Below, one piece after another: positions 24,294-36,374 of a stretch of 64,000 bases of DNA. The first letter of the stretch is position 1, and every line of letters starts with the position of its first letter. This DNA comes from Amoebophrya sp. A120 (lineage: Eukaryota; Protista; Dinoflagellata). The stretch spans positions 2,705,373 through 2,769,372 of the forward strand of contig CAJINV010000009.1 in the NCBI GenBank assembly GCA_905178155.1, in the 5' to 3' direction. The position numbers were made by a program, and so were the translations under genes. Below the pieces are notes generated by a model. That model saw only the letters and a list, made by a program, of their open reading frames with translations, had not been told where the DNA came from and did not search any database.

Positions 24294-25184
24294 CAAGTAG
24301 GTCAGTTCTACCACAACCGCTAGGGTCTTTAAATGCGTTCAGGATTTTAAATATTTTTTTTCATACATGGGATCCGCCCAAAGCGCCGCGCCTCCGACCG
24401 GGGTCGCCACGTTGGCCGCACAGCCCGCCGCCATGATCTGAGCCAGGGTCTTGCCGCTTTTCAAATTTAACACCGAGAACGCCGCATTTTTTTCGAAAAT
24501 GCGACAGCACTCTTAGCCTGGGGCCCCTACCTTGTGGCCCGAACACCTGGACCACCAGCGGCCAGGCCCCGAGACTTCCAGCCGCCGCGGGAGCGGCGGC
24601 CGCGCGCCCACGACCGCTCGCGCCGCTCGGAATTCCGGCCTGGCGCCGCCCGCGCCGCTCGGGGCGCTTCCGGCCGCTCGGGCCCTTGCCGGCGCTCCGG
24701 GCCGCTGCCGGGGGCGGGACGGGCTCGAGCGGCGCAGCGAGCGGCCCGGGCGGCTGCGCCGCTCGGACCGCCCGGGCCGCTCGCGCCTCTTCGCTGCGTT
24801 CGCGGCGCCCCGGTGCGCTCGGCGGAGCGAAAGGCTTCCAGGGGCGCGAGCGGCACCGCCCTGCGCCCCGGCGCGGGGGCGGCCGAGCGGCCCGGACGGC
24901 TGCGCGACGGCTTCGCGCGCGCGACAGTTTTTTTTTTTTTGCTGCTACACATTAATTTGAAAAAACGAGCGCGATTTTCTTCGATCTCGCTCTCCTGCCA
25001 TTTTGCGAATCCGAAAAAACGAACCGACGAGCGCGCGCGCCCCACCATCTTTGTCCCCCATGTGAGCCAGACTAGAATAATCTTGCGTCACTGGAATGTG
25101 GTTAGCCATGCAAAACCAAATGTAAGTTTTCATTTTGTGAACGCATTTAAAGCGCCGAGCGGTTGTGGTAAACTGACCTACATA
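24294..25184. mobile_element. Non-autonomous DNA transposon, ~45-bp TIR, 8-bp TSD (hAT- or P-like)
   Basis: gtaggtcagttctaccacaaccgct..tttaaatgcgttca is inverted at 25138-25181; TSD agatgagt (24286-24293, 25185-25192); very GC-rich core. Confidence 0.85.
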
Positions 25185-25826
25185 AGATGAGTACTAGAGC
25201 GGAAAATTCGAAAATAGCTCCTGGCGGGTAAGCAAACACTAACACATCAAAAGGGAAGGCCAAAGCACATATTACAGTCTGTCACAATTGCTCATAGTCG
25301 TATCAATTTCATAAAAATCACACGGTGATGAAGTATTTCCTATTGTTCCCCATCTAACTTCCCGAGAACAAGAGCAGGCTGTTCACAAACTTGTTTACAT
25401 TCATATCTTTGCGAAGTTGATGATGATGAAGAAGTCTGTTGAAGTGTTTTAGTGTGGTACTTCTCAACAGATAAATATCACATAGCAGGAGCTCAACACG
25501 GTTGTATGTAACTGTATTCAAAAACAAACACTAGCTCATAGTAGCGCGGCAGGTCATGGTCAAGTAGATGGAGCACCGTTGCTAAAGATTCATCTTCGTC
25601 AGAAAATTTGTTCTACTCTTGTTTTGAAGCTTTATGTCTTCTAGTCTATGCTGTTTCAGCTTCTTTTAGTATTCCAAAAAGTATGACTTGCTTCTCTAGA
25701 CGTTCTAGTATTTTTTCATCTTATCGTCTAGCTTTTGATGTTCATCATACACTTTCACTTGTTGTTGTTTTTTCCAAAAAATCGGCATTCACATTCTCAC
25801 GAGCGTAACAAGTGTTCTCCCTCCTC

Positions 25827-26219
25827 CTAAAACTCCTGCCTTTCGTGGTAGATGTCGAACACTTCGCGGTTGCTCAACGACGCGTAGCCGTACAGCACAC
25901 TCACTTTCGCAAACGTCGCGGACCACTGCAGTAACAGTTTCGTCCCGTAGGAAAACAGCGACTGGGCCTGCAGGGAGAGGTGCGTGGTGACCGGGGCAAC
26001 CAAATCGGTGACTTTCGTGCCCGGAATCGGGGACTGGACCACCGGCACAATTGAACCAGCGTCGGTGATGACCTTGGCGGACTTTGCCGCAGCCTGCAGT
26101 TGCATCCCCGGGCAGCTTTGGCAGTAGAAGGTCCACAGCGCCTTCAGCGGCGGAAACGCGGCCAGATGCACGAACATAGTGTAGATTGTAGTGTGGGCTG
26201 CAAAACAAGCACGCGGCAC
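25827..26219 (-). CDS. Small hypothetical protein (MFVHLAAFPPLKALWTFYCQSCPGM...)
   Basis: Differences from the paralogous copy at 26913-27000 are synonymous third-position changes in this frame (gtg/gtc, cat/cac, ttt/ttc). The start is uncertain (ATG at 26177 or an upstream exon). Confidence 0.55.
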   Translation of the reverse strand: MPRACFAAHTTIYTMFVHLAAFPPLKALWTFYCQSCPGMQLQAAAKSAKVITDAGSIVPVVQSPIPGTKVTDLVAPVTTHLSLQAQSLFSYGTKLLLQWSATFAKVSVLYGYASLSNREVFDIYHERQEF

Positions 26220-26816
26220 TACTAACAGGGATCTCTTTCTTTACAGCTGGTACGCCTCAGCCTCACGATCCGGTTCTTCTTCTTATACCCGTATCCGTAA
26301 GTCGTAATATAGTCGTAGTCCAAAAAGTCCAAAAATGTGGATGAAACTCGATCGAACAACGAAGCTGATCGACAACAAGCGACTTCGTTGCAGGTTTAAT
26401 TTCAAGTTGTGAGCACAAAAACTGTCCTTGCAAATTGAGAAAAAGTGTCAAAAAAAAGGCACAAAACTAGAACAGCAGAGCCAGAGACCACGTAGCTTGC
26501 GAACAAAATAAACGGAGATGATCACAGGTTAGAGAATGAAATGCTGGGGACCTGGTGTTTTCGGCAAGGGAAAAATAACGATCAAGATCAACAAAAGTCT
26601 GACTTTCATTTCTGTCTCGAGTACTGCCGGCACGTCAAAACGTTTTTTCAGTTTTTTTTTGTACGATGAAGTAGACGAGCGAGCATCTATTATAGGTAGC
26701 GAAGATGTCGAGGTGGTGATGCTGGTTGTACGAAGTTGTCAACTCCACTCGGTGGTTGTACGCACTTCTTCGCTCTCGCGTAGTTTCGAAGCTCCTTCAC
26801 CGATCAGTTGTGCGAC

Positions 26817-26912
26817 TTGTTTCTTAGCCAAATAAACATTACAAACTCCATTTTTCCTTCTGAAAAAATTTGTATTGCGATTTATACTAGTACGATATTT
26901 TTGTAATGCATA
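26817..26912. mobile_element. Introner family C, truncated on its left side
   Basis: Right end tagtacgatatttttgtaatgcata followed by agttg. Confidence 0.75.
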
Positions 26913-27012
26913 AGTTGCATCCCTGGGCAGCTTTGGCAGTAGAAGGTCCACAGCGCCTTCAGCGGCGGGAACGCGGCCAGGTGGACGAACATAGTGTAGA
27001 TTGATGTAGTGT

Positions 27013-27222
27013 TATCCTGAGAAAAAAGTGTTACAGTTACACACTGTGTTGCAGGCCAAGCAAGACAGACAAGCTCTGTCATGCCGGATATGCATAGGAG
27101 CCTCCTTTCATAGGTGTTTTCCCGTAGGATTTCCGCATTGCAAGTTTTCTCTCTCATGCAGAGGAATTTGTGTTGCTGAATTGACAACAAATGTGTAACT
27201 GTAACACTTTTTTCTCGCGATA
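27013..27222. mobile_element. Introner family G
   Basis: TIR gagaaaaaagtgttacagttacaca; DR agtgt; empty site at 26190-26194. Confidence 0.95.
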
Positions 27223-27840
27223 AGTGTGGGCGAAAGCACGTAGTTGTAGTACTAGCAGGGGTCCACGCGTTTTCAGCTGAGAAGCCTCGTCGCGCTCCGG
27301 TTTTTATACCCGTTGTCGTAGTTCAAAAGGAATAAAAGATAGTTGTAGTCCAAAAAGTCCAAAAAAGTGGATGAAAGTCGATTTGACAACGAAACTGATC
27401 GACTACAAGCGACTTCAAGTCGTGAGCACAAGAACTACTTCCCTTGCAAATTGAATAAAAAGTGTCAAAAAAAGGCACAAAACTAGAATAGCAGAGCCAG
27501 AGACCACGTAGCTTGCGAACAAAATAAACGGAGATGATCACAGGTTAGAGAATGAAATGCTGGGGACCTGGTGTTTTCGGCAAGCGAAGAACGATCCAGA
27601 TCAACAAAAGTCTGACTTTCATTTCTGTCTCGAGTACTGCCGGCACGTCAAAACGTTTTTTCAGTTTTTTTTTGTACGAAGTAGACGAGCGAGCATCTAT
27701 TAATATTATAGGTAGCGAAGATGTCGAGGTGGTGATGCTGGTTGTACGAAGTTGTCAACTCCACTCGGTGGTTGTACGCACTTCTTCGCTCTCGTGTAGT
27801 TTCGAAGCTCCTTCACAGATCAGTTGTGCGACTACGATTT

Positions 27841-29619
27841 TTACGTCATCCACCAAGTATACTCCTTCTCCACGCCGGCGACTAATTCCTCGAAGAAACT
27901 TAGATGAGCGGAGTTTTTGATGATGTTACTTCGACTATCATCCTCATGCTCTTCGTCTTTTTTAATTTTGTCCGCCAGCGAGTCCGTCACTGCCTCCCGC
28001 GATGCCGGCCACATTTCAAATGTTGGCAAAAAATCGTGCGTCTCGAAGAAGCTTGATCTTCTCGGGTTTTTTCTGTCTCTACTCGATGTCTTCTGTGAAG
28101 ACGTATCTTCACTTGCCAGTTCATCTTCTAGTCTTCCAGAATCTTTATTTTTATTTTTCACCTCGCGCGCCGGCGCTTGGTCTCTATTTCCTCCTCGACT
28201 ATGATTGTCAGCATTGTCGTCCTCCGCATAATTGTCGTGTGAGGACTGCGGTTTCTCCGAGACGCGATTGTCGTCCGCTGCACAACTCATCGCTGTTGTA
28301 CTATCGGTACCACTTCTGGTTCTATCCGCTTGTGGTCGTCCGCCCGCATGCTCGTCCTCGGCGCAACATTCATTTTGTAACATCACTTCCTTCAGCCACA
28401 GCAATACGATCTCCGTGAACATCGGGGGCTGACTTCTTGTCAAGTAGTACACCCGGTTCCCATTTGGAATGAACCCGAATGTGTTGAGAAGGTAGAGAAA
28501 GTTTTTCAAAACATTCTCGATCAGAGAAAGAGGATCTCGATCTTCACTGTGTGCAGCTCGCCTCTGCTGATGTTCCTGTGCCTCCTGTTTCTGCTGCTGT
28601 TCCACCTGTTGCTGCACAAATGCCAGGCAGTTCCAATAGGAGTCCCAGTAGTAAACTTCCCGAAACCGCCCTCCAGGAACCGGGAAGGGTTCGAAGGGCA
28701 AGGGGATGAAGCTGCTAGAAGTAGTTGTAGGAGAAGATGAACTACCTCTCTTTGCACCAGCATGGGACGATGATGATGACAAGGTCGGCAAAATTTTCTT
28801 CTTGTCGTGGTGTGCGGTGGGTGGTACCTCCGCGGGGGTTTGTTCGCAATTGGACGTCAAAGTGTTTTTGATCATATTTGGTCTCTTAGGATTTCTCCTC
28901 AGCAATTCCCGAGTGCTTTTGCGAAGCACGGTGGCCAAGAAACGGTTTTGTTCATCTGCAGTGGGGTCGGATATTATTTTTCCATCTTGAAGATCTCGTT
29001 GGTCATACGTGGCGGACGCAGACGTGGCACTTTTCCCATTCGAGGATGTTCCATTCGCACAAGTAGATAAATGCAGGTGCCCGTTGCGGCCATTGCCATT
29101 TTGCATGACAGACTCATTTTCGCTTTCCTCGCCCGACCTGTATACGTCTTGATCTGCCGGCTCAAGTTCTTCAACCTCTCCAGTTGCTAAATTCACGTCG
29201 ACAAAAGACTTCATGTCTACTGGCGCAGCAGATGTTGAAACCATCCGGCTGAGGTTCTCATTCGGTTTCTGCAACACAGATCCATTTGTATTGCTAGCAT
29301 CCACGCCCATATTCTTGGTCAGTCGCGCCGCCCTAACCAGGTCACCAGACAAACGCGCGACCTTCCCTGGGTGACGAAATAGCAACTCCGCGTAATCGAA
29401 AGCGAGGAGTTCTGTTGCGGACGCTGCTCGTCCTCCGGAAGGAGCATGACAAGTCGTAGTGGTTTCCGTTTCTTCCATGGCAGGTTGACTTGTTTCTTCG
29501 CAGTGTTGACCACGTCGTGAGGAAAAATAGAGGTAATTCCGTCGGTTTTCCAAGAGAAGATCCACGACTTGGGGTATGGAACTACTGCAAAGAAATCTCA
29601 TCTCCACCATCATGATCAT
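27841..29619 (-). pseudogene. 3'-truncated trehalase (GH37) duplicate, 592 aa, lacking the catalytic C-terminal half
   Basis: Paralog of 32320-33901 with [16 protein letters not shown] and [18 protein letters not shown]. It stops at YTWWMT* at a breakpoint and lacks [15 protein letters not shown] and GFGWTNG. Confidence 0.85.
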
Positions 29620-30333
29620 TCACATAATTTGTCAACTGCATGCCAACGCTAAGCGAAACGTCTACAAATGCGTTCAACATCTTTGTCAGCATACCCGCAC
29701 TCATACATAGTTTTCGACGGCATAACAAGTAGTACAGGGACTGTTGCTATGCTATAGGAAGTTGCGGGACGAATTCGAAGGCCCAAAAACAAAAGCAGTC
29801 AGAGACACGTGACTTTACACTTCTGTTTCGAAGCTCCTTCACAGATCAGTTGTACGACTACGATTTTTACTTCGACCAGTTTCTTGCTCTGATACGTGCA
29901 CGTACTTCTACGTCCTGTTTCCAATTTGTTATTTCAAAGACCGAAGCACACTACAACTAGTCGCAGAGGCAGCTAGTGCTGCGCCATCTAGTACGATACG
30001 ATGCGCAACTCTTTCTCTCTGTCTCTGAATCCGAAAAATGGACAAAGAGCGTGCCGTCACAGGGTCTGAGAGGAAAGATGAACCGAAGACGCGCTATCCT
30101 GATCCTTCCAGGAGCTCCTCCTTCGTGCGTCTATTTTACAGAAGAAAAGCGCAAGCGATGCTAATGCACTGCCAAGGTCACGACCAGTGGCAGTGGCACC
30201 ACACCAGCATTCAACTACAACTACAGTCCTATACTAATAGGCAAAAGCGATTACACTGGTCTGATGTCGTGCCACCTTCCTTCATAGGCTCACGATACTA
30301 CCGACCCCATGGCTCGTCAAGTTTGGTTCATCT

Positions 30334-33300
30334 CTATGCAACTTTTTCAGATTCTGACCTACTTCGGCCAAGCGAGCGGCTCAGGTAGTAATCCACGACT
30401 ACCCCGTTAGTCCATCCAAAACCCAGCTGCGGTTCGTACTCACCGCCGGAACCACCGGCAACGTAGCCGATGTCGTTTACCTTGTACTTCTCCCAAATTG
30501 GCCGCTTGCTGTCCTCTTGCTCTTCGTCTTCTAGTAGTTTCTGCTCTAATGAACTGTTTTTCACAGTACCAACTACATTGGCGGGGGTTGTTTTTCCGTT
30601 GTTGTCATGATCTACTGCAGCTCCCGGACTCTTTTGTGCAGCTGGTGCATGATATATCGGTCGGTCCCAAACCGCCTTGACGCACTTCTCTACAAAAGCT
30701 TCCACAGGGTCATCGGGAATTATATGCACCATTGAACTGGAAGACGAAGAGCTACAACCAGCAGAAGTAGTGCCTGCACGGCCACGATCTCCAGCTGGGA
30801 TGGCGCTACCACGACCTCCTTCAAGCCGCATCATGATTGCTTTCGCGAAGCGTAAACTGCGACCTGCGATGTGCTGCAGCGGGGCCCAGATGTTGGGATA
30901 GTCCCACTGGTCAACCACCTGGCCAGACGTCTGCTCTTTTACCTCGTGGGAGGTTCCATTCTGGAAATTTCGAGTTCCAGTGGGAGAAGTAGTGGCGCCT
31001 GCTGCTCGTCGTCTTCTGCAATTGCTCGTGAACAACACCGGATTCTCTTTCGAAGCGGGAAGAGCGTAGTAGGGATGGAGAACGGCGGCCCAATCGATAG
31101 ACGGTGCGGTCGCGTCTTTGTTTGTATTGCTGTTAGATGTTGAACAACTACAGGGCAAGTCCAGCCCGCCCCAGATCGGAAACACCTCGGACAAATAGCA
31201 GCTTTCACTCGCCTGGAAGCACATCATCTTGAAATGGAAGTCCCCGAACCGGTTTGTCTCCGGGCATATCCTGTGCAAAAGTATCGCACTCGTATAAATG
31301 CAAGTCTTGCATTACAAATCTTTTTCTTAAGGTAAACCCGCATTGCAAATTTTTCTCATGCTGAGGCAATTTGTAATGCATTTAGACGAGTACGATACTA
31401 TTGCAGTTCATAGGGCAAATCAAAAACTTCCGACAAGCCTGGCGCCTCTTCGCCGCTTGCTTTTGGTAAAACTTCCGCTTCGTTTCGTTGGCCGCGAACC
31501 TGGAGAGGAAAAGCTCTACGCGGTGCAGAATTGCGTTCAGGTCGGTCGGGAAAACGAAGGGGGTTTGGAGACTATTTTCATCTTCATCACTAGGTGCGCC
31601 CTGGTGTTGCAATGAAGCAAGAGCGTCGGCTTGTATTGTATTTGTTGCTGCTGCTCCTGGCTGTTCGTAGTTAATAGCGGCCTGCTCCTCGTCCTCACCA
31701 AGGAGCTGCTCCCCGTCCCCATGATCTTCGTGCGAAGTTTCCTGCCAGGTACTAGAAGTTGATCCTCGCCGTGGTTCTCCAATGGAGGTGGACTGTTGAA
31801 AGCAAAAGCCCGGACTGCCCAGATACGAGCCTAACCGCCAGCGGCTGCTGAAGTCCCACCCAGATTCGCAAGTCGCACGGATCGCGCGATATGGACCGAT
31901 GGTGTTGGAAGGTGGTTCTGGTTGAGCAGGGCAATTAGCAGTACGACTTCTATGACAGGCAACATTTTTGTTCACTAATTTCCAGTCGGCCTCGTAGCTC
32001 TCGGGTCGTGGGAATTCTTCGCCCGAGGAAAAGTAAGACAGAGGGGGCAACGCGGAGGAGGTTTTCCTGTTTATTTTACTCTTCGAAGAGGTAGAGGTAG
32101 AGGAAGAAGCAGCGCTCGTGATCCTTCGCGCAGGAGCGGAATAATAATGATGCAGGCCCACGCCCGATCCTGTGTCGTAGTGATTCAAGGTGTACTCCCG
32201 GAGATGAACGCCGCCGCTTGCGCTTCCCGCCATACAACTCGTACTGTCTCCATTTTTCATCTGAACATCCTGATCTTCCTCGGGCTCCTCGGCGCAAAAC
32301 AGCGTGTAGCTCCGATACGTCATCCACCAGGTGTACTCCTTTTCCACGCCGGCGACTAATTCCTCGAAGAAACTTAGACGAGCGCCGGCGGAGTTTTTGG
32401 TGCCGTCGTTACTTGATGTTGATGTACTAGTATCTTCATGCTCTTCTTTGTTTCCATTGTAAAACAACGTGTCCGTCACGGCCTCCCGCGAATCCGGCCA
32501 CTTTTCAAATGTCGGCAGAAATTCGTGCGTCTCGAAGAACTTATTTGCAGATCTTCGTTTATTTCTCGAGCTTTTGTCGCTACTTTTCGCTGCAGATGAA
32601 GTATCACTCGCCGCTTGTGGTCGTCCACCCGCACGCTCTTCCTTGGCGCAACATTTTTGTAGCATCACTTCCTTCAGCCACAGCAATACGATCTCGGTGA
32701 ACATCGGGGGCTGACTTCTTGTCAAGTAGTACACCCGATTTCCGTTGGGAATGAACCCGAACGTGTTGAGAAGGTAGAGGAAGTTTTTCAAAACATTCTC
32801 GATCAGAGAAAGAGGATCTCGATCTTCACTGTGTGCAGCTCGTCTCTGCTGATGTTCCTGTGCCTCCTGTTTCTGCTGTTCCTGTTGCTGCACAAACGCG
32901 AGGCAATTCCAATAGGAGTCCCAGTAGTACACTTCCCGAAACCGCCCTCCGGGAACCGGGAAGGGTTCGAAGGGCAACGGGATGAAGCTGCTAGAAGTAG
33001 TTGTAGGAGATGAACTACGTCTAGTCGCACCAGCATAGGACGATGATGATGACGGGGTCGGCAAAATCATCTTCTTGTCGTGGTGTGCGGTGGCTACCAC
33101 CTGCTCCGCGGGGGTTTGTTCTCGATTCGGTTTCGGCAAAGTGTTCTTTATATTTGGTCGCTTGGGATTCCTTCTCAGCAACTCCCGAGTGCTTTTGCGA
33201 AGCACGGTGGCCAAGAAACGGTTTTGTTCATCTGCAGCGGGCTCGGATATTTTTCCTCGTTGGTCATACGTGGTGGACGCAGACGTGGCACTTCTCCCAT

Positions 33301-33901
33301 TTGATGTTCCATTCGCACAAGTAGATAAATGCAGGCGTCCGCTGCGGCTGCGGCCATTGCCATTTTGCATGACAGACTCATTTTTGCTTTCCTCGCTCGA
33401 CCTACATACGTCTTGATCTGCCGGCTCAAGTTCTTCAACCTCTCCGGTTGCCAAATTCACGTCGACCAAAGACTTCATGTCTACAGGTGCAGAAGATGAA
33501 ATTATCGTCCCCCGGCTGAGGTTCTCATTCGGATTCTGCAACACAGATCCATTTGTAATATTGCTGGCACCCACGCCCATATTCTTGCTCTTGGTCAGTC
33601 GCTCCGCCCTAACCAGGTTACCAGACAAACGCGCGACCTTCCCCGGATGACGAAATAGCAACTCCGCGTAATCGAAGGCGAGAAGTTCTGTTGCGGAAGC
33701 TGCTCGTCCTTCGGGAGAAGCATGACAAGTCGTATTGGTTTCCGTTTCTTCCATGACAGGTTGACTTGATGTTTCTTCGCCGTGTAGAAGTTTACCAAGT
33801 CGTGAGGCAAAATTATAGAGGTAATTCCGTCGGTTTTCCAAGAGAAGATCCACGACCTGCGGTATGGAACTACTGCATAGAAGTCTCATCTCCACCTTCA
33901 T
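30334..33901 (-). CDS. TREH: Alpha,alpha-trehalase, glycoside hydrolase family 37 (2 exons: 33901-31413 and 31261-30334)
   Basis: GH37 motifs [87 protein letters not shown]. Junction FLIC|PETNRF is in frame. The true start may lie upstream. Confidence 0.92.
31267..31412. mobile_element. Introner family C in trehalase
   Basis: DR gggca. Confidence 0.95.
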
Positions 33902-34102
33902 TCACATTTGTCAAGTGCATGCCAACGCCAACAAGCGAAACGTCTACAAATGCATTCAACATCTTTGTCAGCAGACCCATTCCCATACAAATACATAGTG
34001 TTCTGCATAACAAGTACGGGGACTGTTGCTATGCTACAGGAAGTTGCGGGACGAATTGGAAGGCCCAAAAACACAAACAGCCAGAGGCAGAGCCACGTAA
34101 CT

Positions 34103-35056
34103 TTACACTTCTGTACTTCCATGCGCGGTGATTCTTGCTTCTTCTGGCCTCCAGCGAATACGAGCGGGATGAGACGAGACTGTCGTGCAAAATCTGATAC
34201 GCAACCTTTCCGCCACGGAATCGAACTGCTGGATGAGCGGGAGTTGGGGTGGGATAAGAATCAGTTGATGCTGAGGTGGCGTTGACGATGGTGCAGGAGA
34301 TTTTTGGTCTCCGCTAGCGGACAAACACTGCCTAACCTGTTTGTTGTCCTTTTGAGGAAAGTGGTGCTGGTGGCCGGCGGGAGAGCTTGTTCTACAATGT
34401 TGACTCATATCACGACACCTGTGGTTGTAAAACATGTTCACTTCCGTATAGTACCGGTGATACTTTTTCGTCGCCGTTGTTCCTGCACCAACGGCTCCTC
34501 GCGCTTCTGACCCTGCAGCTGCTGACAGAGCATGAGAAGTTTTTGAAGTTGAAGTTGTGCCTCCGTTCTTCGTGTTGTCGTCGGGAGCAACACGGTTCTC
34601 CTGCTCCTGTCGTTCATCTTCTGTTCCTTCCAGTTCCAGAAGCGCAAGTTCCGTTGGTGACCACAGGGAATAAAACGTAGCTGCACCAGGCGAATTACTT
34701 GATGATGTCCCGCCTAGCAGGATGTCTGCAAACGAGGTGGTATGACGGAAGGGAGCGGGCGGGAGACGAGATCGGGCACCGGCGGTGTAGTTGTAGTTTG
34801 TAGTGTTGCCTTTGCCAATTAATGATGGATGCAGCTCTCTTGATGCTGGTACAACACCGAATTGTGAAGATGCCTCATGCTGGGCTGATGTATCAGTTCT
34901 TGTCTTCGTCTTCCCAGCTTTGTTTAATATTTTCAATTCCAGGAACCGCAGCCGCAGCACCCAATTCCGGCGGCGCGCAGAAGCAGAAGCGCCCGGAAAA
35001 GCCAACTGCAAAGGAGAGCACTCGTTGGAGGCGCTGGAAAGTTTTTCTTGTTCCAT
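34103..35056 (-). CDS. Hypothetical protein 317 aa (possibly an upstream exon of the trehalase)
   Basis: Long ATG-initiated ORF with the low-complexity composition of neighbouring genes, on the same strand. No motif recognised. Confidence 0.45.
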   Translation of the reverse strand: MEQEKLSSASNECSPLQLAFPGASASARRRNWVLRLRFLELKILNKAGKTKTRTDTSAQHEASSQFGVVPASRELHPSLIGKGNTTNYNYTAGARSRLPPAPFRHTTSFADILLGGTSSSNSPGAATFYSLWSPTELALLELEGTEDERQEQENRVAPDDNTKNGGTTSTSKTSHALSAAAGSEARGAVGAGTTATKKYHRYYTEVNMFYNHRCRDMSQHCRTSSPAGHQHHFPQKDNKQVRQCLSASGDQKSPAPSSTPPQHQLILIPPQLPLIQQFDSVAERLRIRFCTTVSSHPARIRWRPEEARITAHGSTEV

Positions 35057-35111
35057 CTTCGTCAGCGTCCTTATGCTTTATCGTTTTTTCTATTTTTTCG
35101 TTTATACGGTA

Positions 35112-35610
35112 CAGTCAATTATATAAGGACTCTCCGGCAATGATTTGCGAGCAATGCGAGCAATGCGACGCCAATGCGACGGCTTGCGAGTCGCGAGCGC
35201 GCGGACCTGTCGCAACTCTTGCGACAACTCCTCGCGACTTCGTCAGCGAGTGCCCACTATTGGGCCCCGCTTCAGCGGGCTGCCCCTAGCCCTACCCTAC
35301 CTAGTCCTATGTGGCCGGCGGCGATGCTGCAGGCCTACATCTGCAGGCCTACATCTGCACCTACTGCAGCCTACACCCGCAGGCCTACATCCTGTGTACC
35401 AGCACCACTGCGGCCTACATCCGCAGGCCAGCGCTCCGTCGAGTAGTTCGCGAATCTCGACGGTATGGCTATGGTCATTATTTTATCGCCACGCAGCTGC
35501 TTGCTGGCGGGCTCCAATGCTTTGCGAGCAATGCGAGCAATGCGAGCAATGCGACAAACCGCTGCCGGTTTTGCGATCAATGCGAGTCGCATTGCTTATA
35601 TAATTCTCTG
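35112..35610. mobile_element. Tc1/mariner-like MITE
   Basis: TA|cagtcaattatataag ... cttatataattctctg|TA; internal gcgagcaat and gcaggcctacatc repeats. Confidence 0.75.
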
Positions 35611-35650
35611 TACGGAGGATATATATTTATAGCCACCACTAGTACCAAAT

Positions 35651-36374
35651 ATAGCCGCCGGGGCGGGGGTAGTGAGGTCGTGGGCGTTTTTTTGCCGACC
35701 GCCGCCGTGGCCGCGGCTTTGCTTTCTCTGGGCTCGCCATACCGCTGTGAGTAACGTTATGCCGCACGATATGGTGGCCACTTGGGAAACGTCGCAAATT
35801 TTGGCACATTTCCAAAATTCCTTTCCCAAAGCCAGCCCCGATGCTATGGGGCCCATCCGGGTGCCACGGGGGGCGCCCAAAAAGCGAAGAAAAACCGGGC
35901 CCATAGCATGCGGATTGGCTTTGCGCGTCTGGGCCGCTTTCTATTTTTCGCGTTTTTATTTTTCACGCCGGCGCCTTTTGCAAAGCTTCCCAGGCTCTGA
36001 AGCCGGCGAAAAGGCGGCCACTTTCGCGGCCGCCCAAAATGCTCCGAAATCGCGGCCGTGCCATGCTGTTTCGCTGTTCTGATTTTGGGCGCGTTTTTTG
36101 CGCGCCCCTTTTTGGGCGCCCCAAATCGCCAGAAACCAAGGCGGCGGGCGCCTCAGAAGGGCGCCCCTTTTGCCGGCTCCCCTGCGTCGTTTTATCCAGT
36201 GCGAATCGATAGAATTGGCTCGGGCTTGTTTGACAACAAAGCCCCGGCCGCTTGATAAGAGCAAATTTTTTATGTGCAAAAACGCTTCCGGCCGCTTGAA
36301 AACTGCCGGTCGTTTTTCACGGTAGGTGTCAAAAAAACTCCCTGGTTAGAACCGTTCGGTGACCTCACTACATA
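35651..36374 (-). mobile_element. Helentron-like non-autonomous element
   Basis: IR gtagtgaggtc (35669-35679) / gacctcactac (36361-36371); hairpin ccgc-cggg-gcgg outside the left IR. Confidence 0.5.

Larger units (their letters stand above)
26817..27330 (-). pseudogene. Truncated duplicate of the 25827-26219 gene carrying two introners that the intact copy lacks
   Basis: Same MFVHLAAFPP..PGMQL sequence; the 3' part is lost at a duplication breakpoint inside a family-C introner. Confidence 0.7.
26098..27833. repeat. Tandem segmental duplication (~26098-26816 vs ~26913-27833)
   Basis: Long near-identical blocks, e.g. gatcacaggttagagaatgaaatgctggggacctgg at ~26520 and ~27536. Confidence 0.9.

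Noticed and set aside
24527-25190. Arg/Ala/Pro-rich ORFs of 140-218 aa on both strands
   Set aside because: Stop-poor GC-rich core of a non-autonomous transposon; no transposase motifs.
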